In this document: positions 22,808 through 31,786 of the stretch, one piece after another
Position numbering within the stretch: position 1 is the first letter of the stretch
Layout of the letters: the number at the start of each line of letters is the position of its first letter
NCBI GenBank assembly: GCA_000388065.2
Contig: KB932207.1
Length of the DNA: 31,786 bases
DNA from: Fonticula alba ATCC 38817
Taxonomy: Eukaryota; Protista; Nucleariida
Direction: 5' to 3' (one strand)
Position numbers and translations under genes: made by a program
The notes under the pieces: generated by a model
What the model saw: only the letters and a program-made list of their open reading frames with translations
Database searches by the model: none
What the model was told of the DNA's origin: nothing

Positions 22808-25800
22808 GCTCCCCCCGGCCGCGCACCCCTGGTGGGGCGGGCCAAAAGAAAAAGACCGCGATGACAAGGCCCCAGGCCGCCGCCCGCCCCTGCTCACTGA
22901 CACGCTGAATGTCTTCTTCTCACACCTGCCGCTGAAAAAAATCGACGAAGAGTGCAACCTCGTGTGTGCCCAGATCTGGGACCCCATCTGCGCCATCGAC
23001 GGAAAGACCTACAACAACCAGTGCGAATACGAACGGGCCATCTGCATGCAGGGGCTCTTTGCCATGGGGGTGCAGAACCGCGGCCCCTGCGCCGGAGACC
23101 TCCGTGCGTCTCTCATCCGCTTTGTTTGGTTTATGCATCGCCTTGTGAAGCAGCCGTCGCCGTCGCCCACGCCCACGCCCACGCCCACGCCCGCACGCAC
23201 TCGCTCCGCCTCGCAGGCTGACAGCATGCGTGCCTTCGACACCGCCGCCGCCGCCGCCGCCATCGACACCCTCCTCGCCACGGCCACCGTCGACCTGGAC
23301 CTGGCGTCGTCGGGCGCTCTCGGCACCCTAGACCGCATTGGCCGGCACTTCCCGGGCGGCCGCAAGGGCGCCACGGCCGCCGCCTCGCCGAAGGCCGACC
23401 GCGAGCTGGCCAAGGCCCGTGACTGCGCCGGGAACCTGTGCGCCGAGATCTTCGACCCGGTGTGCGCCACCAACGGCCGGCAGTACAACAACCGGTGCGA
23501 GCTGGACCGGGCCGCCTGCGCCACCGGGCTCACGGCCGACTGGCTGAAGGTGGCCCCCGGCGGGTCCTGCGAGGCGGACCCGGCCAAGCAGCTCCACGAG
23601 TGCGGCATCCACTGCCCGGAGGATGCCCTGCGCCAGGCCCAGGGCCCGCCCGGCAGCGGTGGCGGCCCGCTCAAGTCCGCCGTTTGCGGCACCGACGGCA
23701 TCACCTATGATGGGCCCTGCTCGCTGGCCCGCGCCCGGTGCTTCTACCACGATGGCAATGCCGTGCAGGAGGGCGCCAATTGGCACATCGTCGCCTCGAA
23801 GGGGGCCTGCCCGGAGGCCCCGGGCGCGCCTCGGCCCACGGCCGGCGTCCTGGCCGCCGATGACGACCCGGTCCCGTGCGACGGCTTCTGCACGGAGATC
23901 TACCAGCCGGTGTGCGGCTCCGACAGCCGGACCTACGGCAATGCGTGCGAGCTGGCGCGCACGCGCTCGTGCGGCGTGTCCGCCGCCGGGTACGGCCTGT
24001 TCATCGCCTACGACGGCGAGTGCACCCCGGATGGCGAATGCCCGCAGGCCTGCACCCGCGAGTATGACCCGGTGTGCGCCTCCAACCAGGAGACCTATGC
24101 CAATGCCTGTGTCTTCCGGGCCAACCGCTGCGAGAGCGGCCCGAACGCCGCGCAGCTGATCATCCAGCATCGCGGCCCGTGCTCCGGCAACTACCCGGTC
24201 GATGAGACCGTCCCGGAGCCCGGCACCGGCGAGCTGGCCGGCAGCAGCAGCGACGGCAGCGACGGCAGCGCCGGCGTGCCCGGCAACTGCCCGCAATTCT
24301 GCACCCTCCAGTGGGCCCCGGTGTGCGGGACCAATGGCGTGACGTACGGCAATGCGTGCGGCTTTGCCGTGGCCAAGTGCTCGGACCCGGACATGGCCAA
24401 TGTGGAGATCCGCCACAATGGCGAGTGTGGGGACGGCGGCAGCGGCGGCAGCAGCACCGGCGGCAGCAGCAGCAGCAGCAGCAGCGGCTCCTCGTCCGCC
24501 GAGGCGCCGCCCGTTGTCTTCGGCAAGTCCTACTGCGACAATGACGACGCCAGCGCCAGCGCTTCGGCCATGTGTGCCGAGGCCTTCCCGGATGCCGGGC
24601 CCGATGCCATCTGCCTGGACGAGCCGAAGCAGTGCCTGGTGGAGCCCTGCCCGCAGTTCACCTGCGTCCCGCGGAATGTTGGCTGCGGCATTCGCTGCGA
24701 CCCGTCGCAGATCAACCCCGTGTGCGGGTCCGACGGCCGGTGGAGCTCCAACGAGTGTCTCTTCCTTTCGCGCCTGTGTCGCATGGAGGATGACTCGGCG
24801 GCCGTGTCGGCCTCGTCGTCGGCCTCGTCGTCGGCCTCGTCGTCGGGGTCGGCTGCCGTGGCAAGCATGCGCCGGGCGGCCCGCTCTGCCAGCGGGTCCT
24901 CCTCGTCGGAGGATCACTCCGACAGCGAGGGCGACTCCGACAGCGAGGAGGATGGCAGCGAGCCCTTCATGGCCGTGCACCAGACTTCGCGCTCGGTGTG
25001 TGGCTGCGATTGCGATGGCCGCGTCATGGTGCGTGTCTGCTTGGATGTGTGCTCGCGCCTTGGGGCCCGTGTGGCGGCGTGAGGGGCCGGCCAAAGCCAG
25101 GGCCTGTGCCAAGGGGAGCGCCGGCCGACCGCGGGAGGGGGGTGGCCAGAGAGAGAGAGAGAGACAGAGAGAGAGAGAACGGGCGCATGCCAGGCGTGGT
25201 GAAGCAAGAGACCTATGCCTCGCCCTCCTGGGGAGCAGCCCCCCAGGAGGGGATGCCAAGGCTCGTGAGCGAGAAGAGGAGGACGAGAGCGTGCATGAGA
25301 GTGTGACTGAGAGCGTGCATGAGAGTGTGACTGAGAGAGTGCATGAGAGCGCGAATACGAGTGTGAGTGAGAGCGTGACTCAAAGCATGACTGAGAGCGT
25401 GAATGAGAGCGTGAATGAGAGCGTGAATGAGAGCGTGAATGAGAGCGTGACCGAGGCCCCAGACACAGGCATCGAAGAGCGACAGAGCGAGCCAGCCCCC
25501 CCCGAGAACGGCCGAAAGTGAGAATGAAAGGAGGCGAAGGAGGAGAGCCAGCCAGATAGTAGCATGCGCACGCCCTAACCACACCATCCGGCGGGCACAC
25601 CCCTACACACAGGACCTCTCCTGGAGCCAGATGCTGCAGCTGGCCCAGCTGCCGGCCGACTCGCGCACGCTGGACTTCGGCGACCTGGTCAAGATCCGCC
25701 GGGCCCTGAGCAACCCCAATGGCGAGGGCTTCGACGAGAATGACGACGGCACTTTCAACCGCAACGTCTCGCGCGACATGGCCCACCGCCGCCCGGCCCG

Positions 25801-26840
25801 CCGCCAGCAGGAGGAGGCCACCATGGATGTCATGGTCCGCGCCGACCCGGCCCTCGTGGACTACAGCGCCCTGTCGATGCTGGGTCTGGCCGACCACAAT
25901 GGCGATGGCCTGATGACGGAGGACGAGTTCACCGACCTGAAGCGCTACTACCACGCCACGCAGGGGGTGCCGATTGACCCGGCCGAGGTGGCCGCCGGTT
26001 CGGCCACCGGGGGTGCTCGCTCCGACAAGGATCGCATCATGTCCCCGAGCGCCATGGGCGGTCTGATCGGTGTGGCGGTCATCGCCCTCGGTGTGGCCGG
26101 TGTCGTGGGCTCGCTCAAGGTCAAGGAGCAGATGACCTTCCGGCGGAACTGGTGCGTGTGTCGGGTTTGCCTTTTCTGCGCCCCCGCTTTCTTTCTCTCG
26201 GGCGCGCGCGCCGGGGCCGACGGAGAGGGACAAGCAGGGAGTGCCGGCGGGNNNNNNNNNNNNNNNNNNNNNNNNNNNNNNGGGGGGGGGGGGGCAGCCT
26301 CCTCTCTTGCCCCCCGGCGCGCGTGTAAGGGCCGAAGACCGGCGCGCGCGCCTGCCTGCCCCCGACGCGCATTCGGCACACAAAACGACCGGCCGACGAG
26401 GGGCCGGGCATGGCACCCTGCCTGTTGGTCGGCACGTCGCCGCCTGATGTTATGAATGTGCCGCAAACTGACAACCCGAGCTCGTCTGCTCTCGCGCTCC
26501 CTCCCCCCCCCCCCCCGGCTCGCACGCCACCCCCACCGGCCCTGGTGGTGTGTGTTGGCGACGGCCCGCCGCCGGCAGCCGTCTTCACGACCAGGAGGAG
26601 GCCGCCGCCCGGACGTCGGCCCCGGCCTCGCTCCGGTCCCTGAGCATGGCCAGCCTGCAGGCCCTGCACGAGCTGAGCCCCACCTCCCCCGGGCGCCTGG
26701 GATACAGCCAGATCGAGATGGACACCCTGGGCCCGAACGTGGAGTCCGCCGTCGCCGACGCGCCGGCCGCCGCCGGTGATGACGCCGACGCGAGTGACAC
26801 CCCGTCGGGTGCCGACTCTCGTGGTGCCTCGGCTGAGTAG
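21591..26840 (+). CDS. Type I membrane protein with signal peptide, 7 Kazal-type domains, a 6-Cys module, EF-hand(s), one TM helix and a cytoplasmic tail, ~1050 aa
   Basis: Preferred exons 21591-21867, 22951-25028, 25613-26151 and 26579-26840 are in frame (3156 nt). Signal-like N-terminus: MRRTTSWLSWSAVATAALLALLSSHYATLA. Kazal C-x-C-x7-PVC-x-(D/N)G-TY-N-C patterns lie at 22953-23090, 23424-23570, 23601-23810, 23877-24023, 24039-24182, 24288-24428 and 24684-25001. EF loop DHNGDGLMTEDE; TM segment AMGGLIGVAVIALGVAGVVGSL followed by KVK. Two extra small exons (22115-22175, 22394-22505) are possible but have atypical donors. Confidence 0.82.
25284..25450. repeat. Degenerate 12-nt tandem repeat (GAGAGCGTGAAT-type) in intron 2 of the Kazal gene
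   Basis: GAGAGCGTG(AAT/CAT/ACT) units are read directly. Confidence 0.85.
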
Positions 26841-28191
26841 AGGCGAGCATATTTGTCCGCGCGTGTCTCTCCCTCTCTCCTCTCTCTCTCCCCCCCCCTC
26901 TGTCCCGCTCTGTCCTGTGGCCATGCACGCATCGCCTCGCGGGCTCGGCGCGCCGCGCCTCTCTCCCTCGCGCGCCGCGCCCCCCCCCCCCCCGCCGTGT
27001 GACACTCTCAGGTCCAGGAGAGAGGGGGTCCGGCACGCCGGCGTTTGGCCGCCGAGAAGGAGAGGCATCCGGCGCTCGGGCCCGCGCGCGCGCCGCCGCC
27101 GCCGCCGCCGCCGGACACATCTACGGACACACACGCGCGCGCAGGCACGAGCACCCGCGACCGTCGGCGCATGGCCCACTGTCGTGTGTGTCTCCCATGG
27201 GGGCAGGGTGCTGCCATTGGCGCAGCGCGCGCCACCAGGGAGGCGGGGCCATGCTTCTGTGTGCGCGTATGTGCATGTGTGTGTGTGCGTGTGTGCGTGT
27301 GTGTGTGTGTGTGCGTGCGTTTCTATATGTGGCCGAGTGCGCAAAGAGGAGGGGCGCGCGCCGCAAGGGGCAGGGACGAGGGGGGGGTCCCAAAAGACAA
27401 GTGGCCCGAAGAGGACCGCGGAGAAAAGGCCGGTGTGCGTTGTGCCACGGCCCTTCGGGTCTTTTTTCTTCATGTGCACGCATCTCGGCTCATGTGCATG
27501 CGTGTGTGTCGGGGCGCGCCCTGGTGTGACTGGGGCCGCGCCCGGCGGTGCGCAGCCGGGGGGCCAAGGCCGTGGTCCGCCCCCGGACGCGTACACATGC
27601 ACGTATGCGTGTGGGGGGCGTGTGTCCGGCGGCAAGCGAAATCTAGGAGCACCGAGACTGTTCGGCAATATCCCCCCCCCCCACCTCCGTATATCCCCCA
27701 TCAATAGAGTGTAATCAGAAGCCGCAAAATGGGGTCACAGGTCTGCTTTTCGCCGCCCCTTTTCTAAGCGCATTTGTCATGGCGCTCGCCGTCCATGCGT
27801 GAATGTGTGAATGTGCGTGTGTGTGTGTGTGCGTGTGTGTGTGTGCGTGTGTGCGTGTGTGCGTGTGTGCGTGTGTGCGTGTATGTGCCACACGCCCCAG
27901 CAAGAGGGAGGGACGCGTCCATCTGGGAAAACTGACAAGGGCGCATGTGTGGCCCCAAGAGGCAGGGTCGCATATGGGAAGAGGAAAGACACATGTTTGT
28001 TTGCAAGAGGAGGGGGGCCGCATGCGGACGCGTCCGGTAGGGCGGCATCCTGTGCTGTGTGGTTGCCCGAGGGGAGGGAGACAAGGACGCGGGCGAGGCC
28101 AGTACAGGGGGAAGAGAGGGAGAGAGCGCGCGCGAAAGGGGCGCAAGGGCAGGGGCCAGGCCCACATCGATGGGCGAGCGGGGCGACGCGC

Positions 28192-29137
28192 TCACTTGTC
28201 CTTGCTGGACTCGCCAGCCAGACCAATAGGCATGGTGTCGCCCGTGGGCGCGGGCCCCGAGCCCGACGCCTCGGGCAGGGCGAAGTCCCGCAGGTCCCAA
28301 TAGCACACACCACTGGCGTCGACCATCTTGCCGATGTTCGGGTAGCGCTTCTGGAAGAAGGACAGCCAGCTCCGCAGGGTGTCGTACTGTGTGCGCATCA
28401 CACGGTCAGCATGGGGGGGGGGGGGGGGGGGGGGGGGGGGGTCGGGGGCAAACGTCGGGTCCAAGGGAGGGGCCTAGGGAGGCCGACAAGACGAACCTGC
28501 TTCTCGGTGAGGCCGCTGATCTTCTGGTTGCAGTCCTCCACGGTGATGGTGCTGCAGGCGAGCGCCTGTGCAGCGGCCGACATCCCGGCGGCAGTGGCCG
28601 TGGTGGCGATGGTGGTGGCCGGAGGAGGGGGAGGGGGGGGGGGGGGGACATTTCATGAGCAGGGGCCGGCAGCGGGGCGCACAAAAGAGGGGCAGGGTAC
28701 ACACGCACGCGCGAGGCATCGCGGCCGGCATAGACACTGTAGCTGCCGCCCGGGCCGTAGAAGCCCGGGCGTTCGGACACGTCGAACACGTAGCCGGCAA
28801 TGCCGAGGTAGATCTTGCCCGGGGTCTGGACACCGTCGAACTTGCTCAGGCTCTCCACGGTGTAGGGGACCAGCTGGTCCTTGGGCAGGGACTGTCCACG
28901 GCGTGTACGCCCACGCGAGAGAGGGGCAGACAGGGCGGCCAGTGGCCGCAGGGGAAAGGGCATTAGCAATCGGGCTGGCCAGTCAGGGGGGGGGGGGGGC
29001 GGGGGGGCTGTCGGGGGCAGACGCACCCGCTCGGCGGCGCTCTTCATCCGAGCGTTCAGCCGCATGCGGTACACGGCCACGGCGCTGAGGACAACGCCGA
29101 CGCAACTCAGGCACACCAGGTAGAAGGTGGACACCAT
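28192..29137 (-). CDS. Membrane-associated progesterone receptor (MAPR; PGRMC/Dap1 family) cytochrome b5-like heme protein, 185 aa, 4 exons
   Basis: Exons 29137-29027, 28891-28709, 28565-28497 and 28386-28192 are in frame (558 nt). It has an N-terminal TM anchor. MAPR signature: YTVESLSKFDG...IYLGIAGYVFDVS..GFYGPGGSYSVYAGRDASRALA...L..W..FFQKRYPNIG, with the heme-ligand Tyr retained. Confidence 0.92.
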
Positions 29138-29578
29138 GATGTCAGGGAAGACAGGGCAACGGCAAGAGGGGAAAAAAAAGGCCAGGCAACTTGAGGGGGG
29201 GGAGGGGGGAGGAATAGGCAGGGCGTGGCGAACATGACCGAGGGGTCGACGCGATCGGCCTCCCCCCCCCGAAAAAGCCCACCCCCGGCGCCCCGAGCCC
29301 CGATCGGACCCGGGCTAGGGCGCCTGTACGGCCGCCGGTCCGGCGCCCCGCCGGCAGCCACAGCCCGCGCACGCCCGTCTCTGGCGGGGGGAGCGAGAGG
29401 GAGATACACAGGGACGCGCCTCCCTGGTCGGTCGCCCGCCCCCCTCCCCCCCCCCCCCCCCCTCGGACACGACATTGTCACGGCCGCCGCTCGGGTCGAT
29501 CCAGTCGGGCGGAGCTCCTCCAGAACCACAGCTGCCGGCGGACGGCCCCGGCCAGACACCGTGGGAAAAGGGGGCATG

Positions 29579-31777
29579 TCAGCTTGGTTTATTTGACTCG
29601 CGGTCGGGGGGCGGCGGCGACCGGTCCGGGCACGCGCGCGCCCCCTCGCTGAGGCCCAGCAGGGCATCGCACGAGGCGTAGATCGATGCGGCCGGCGGAC
29701 ACACCTTGTCCAGCAGGATGATGCCTGTGTCGCGCGGGGACAAGAAGCGGGAGAAGGGGGCGCCGGTGAGATACAGAGAGAAAGCCCGCGGCAGGCGCCG
29801 CCCTCCACGACCCTCGCCCGCCCACTTTCCCCCCCGGGCCAGGGCGCACCTTGGGTGTCGATGAAGGCAAAGACCGTGAACTTGGACCGCGCCACGCGCC
29901 AGGACCCGAGGAAGCGCCGATACGTGTGAAGGAGGGGGCCCTGGAGCTCGGCGCGTGAAATGACCGAGGGGAAGGTGCCATCATCTGCCGGTGGCATGTT
30001 CCCCCCCCCCCCCCGCCGTCCGGCGCGGAGGAGCGGAGGCGAGAGCGGCGAAGGAGGGGAGGGGAGGGGAGGGGAGGGGGGGCGAGGCCCAGAGGCCCAG
30101 AGGCCCGGGTGTCAGTACGGGAGTGCGAGACACGGGCCGGCGGGCATTCGTGGCACACGCACTGCGGAGCAGCGAGACCGTCTGGAGGGCGGCCATGACA
30201 TCGCCATCGACCGGGGCCAGGGGCTGGAGAAAGAGCTCCGCCAGCAGGGGATACTGGTGGGGGTTGTAGGGCGGCGCGGGCCGGGCGGGGGCCGGGGCGC
30301 GGGCCGAGCCCGGGGCCGAGGTGCCGGCCGCGACGCCGGCCGCCCGAAGGGGACTGCCGGGCCGCGACGCGCGCGAGCGCGGCGTCAAGGGCCCCGGCAC
30401 GGGCCGGCGAGCGTCCGCCTTGAAGCGGTGGTGCTGCGATTGGAAGGAGGAGTGCTGCCGCGAGGCGATGAGGGAGCTCCGCGCGGAGAAGGACCCGGTC
30501 AAGTGCCCGGCCCGCTCCCCGGCGTACAGGCGCCCGAGGCACAGCCGCGCGATGTGGACAAAGTCCCGGGGCCGGGTGCCGCACAGGGCCACATACGGGT
30601 CCATGTGCAGCCAGTCCACCCCGGGGAAGGGGCTTTCCCGCGAGTGGCATGACAGCCGGTCCCGGTGCGCGGGGCGGCCCGGGGCCGAGTGGGCCGGCGG
30701 CCGGTCCGGGCCGGCCCCCGGCCGCAGACCGGCCAGGCCCGCCGCCGCCTCGGACGGCGAGTAGTGGATGCATGGCCGATCGGCCGGGCCGAAGTAGCGC
30801 AGGCCGCCCGACGCGGCCGGCCAGCCCCGGACCCCGAGCAGGTGCGTGGACACGATGCGCGCCGAGGAGGACCCGGACGCGTCGTGCACATACCCGAGGC
30901 CGAAGATGCGCAGGGTGATCAGCTTCCAGGTGGCCGGGATGTTGTCCGGGTGTGCGACGTCATCCGGCGTGTGGCACTCGGCCACCATGTCCTCGGAGTA
31001 GCACCCGCAGATGAAGGGCAGCAGGCGGGTGCCGGGGACCACGCGCAGATCGCTGATCGAGGCGTTCACCAGCCGGAGGTTCTCCACGGTGACCGAGAAT
31101 TCTGGCGCCCACGGCGTGGGGGCCGGGCCGGGGGCGGGGGCCGGGGGCGGCAGCAAGGGCGCGCCATGGTGAGGAAGTCGTCCCGGCCGAGGGCGGCCGC
31201 ACCATCTTTATCACAGCTCGGTGCCAGGACCGAGTCGTAGGCCAGCACCAGGAAGGGCGAAGCAGAAAGAGGGCCCGCCGGAAACCCGATGCATATTCGA
31301 CCCACAGTTGTAGTGGAATCCCCATGTGCACGATAGATGAAGATGCGCGTGTGAGACGTGGAAGAGCTACTACATCGAGAGAACGAGAGAGGGAACGAGA
31401 GCGAGAGAGGGGAGGGTGGGGGGGGCGAGGCGGGGGGTTTGCGCACTGTACAAAAAGTCGATCGGCTTCTTGGGGGTCGAATAGAGCCGGTGCCGGAGGC
31501 GCGCCTGCTCCAGGGCTCGGACAACGTACTCCGGCGGGGTCCAGGCAGAGCGGGCCTCCTCCGGGCGGTCGGCGTCCGGCGGGTCGGCCTCGGGCCGGTA
31601 CCCGCTGCCCGGCGGGGGCGGCTGCCGGACGTGGGCATTGAGAGTGCGCGCGGCTGCCTCGGCCAGGGCCCGGCTGGCCCCGGGGGCAAAGCACGCCAGA
31701 AGGACCCGGCTGCGGCAGCCCTCGCCGGGCGTGTCGCCGGCGCAATCGCACGTCGTCGACTCGGGCCCGGGCGACAT
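29579..31777 (-). CDS. Hypothetical protein, ~545 aa, 5 modelled exons; possibly DCAF15-like (DDB1-CUL4 substrate receptor)
   Basis: Exons 31777-31530, 31369-31203, 31101-30163, 29984-29850 and 29724-29579 join in frame (1635 nt) with GTNCG donors. The gene itself is likely real; its identity is tentative. GRICIGFPAG..FLVLAYDS..DKDEFSVTV resembles the recalled human DCAF15 segment [30 protein letters not shown]. The first junction is ambiguous and the start may lie beyond the window. Confidence 0.5.
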
Positions 31778-31786
31778 GCCGGCTGG

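Larger units (their letters stand above)
926..26281. other. Assembly gaps (N runs)
   Basis: Gaps at about 926-1276, 2502-2718, 8066-8185, 13488-13837, 15757-15767, 17416-17845, 19425-20263, 21038-21413 and 26252-26281. Nearly all abut poly-C/poly-G or CT-rich tracts. Confidence 0.98.

Noticed and set aside
23328-25259. 643-aa minus-strand ORF and other long antisense or off-frame ORFs throughout the window
   Set aside because: These are shadows of GC3-rich coding sequence, where stop codons are rare. They contain no recognisable motifs.
25260-25521. Open frame through the 12-nt satellite encoding (ESVN)n as a cassette exon
   Set aside because: There is no pyrimidine tract or good acceptor, and one open frame through a 12-nt repeat is expected by chance.

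Overview
This is eukaryotic nuclear DNA from a GC-rich, intron-rich, microsatellite-laden draft assembly with about ten N-gaps. It looks like a unicellular opisthokont on the fungal side; Fonticula alba-like is my unverified guess. Most listed six-frame ORFs are GC or repeat artefacts. I spliced exons by hand using GT-AG boundaries, frame continuity and remembered family motifs. That gives eight protein genes: UTP25 (+), QCR10 (-), an Irc21-like cytochrome b5 protein (-), NKAP (-), an Ett1/Nro1-like protein (+), a multi-Kazal type I membrane protein (+), a MAPR/PGRMC/Dap1-family protein (-) and a possible DCAF15-like protein (-). There are also two tRNA genes, Gly-GCC (+) and Trp-CCA (-). Three observations stand out. 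First, a ~1050-aa surface protein has a signal peptide, 7 Kazal domains with varied P1 residues, a 6-Cys module, EF-hand(s), one TM helix and a YxxPhi tail, an architecture reminiscent of animal SPARC/testican/agrin. Second, an intron-like segment inside that gene would, if spliced out, give a short soluble single-Kazal protein instead. Third, all 31 modelled introns have the 5' splice site GTNCG (C at +4) rather than GTRAG. No database searches were run; family calls rest on motifs recalled from memory.
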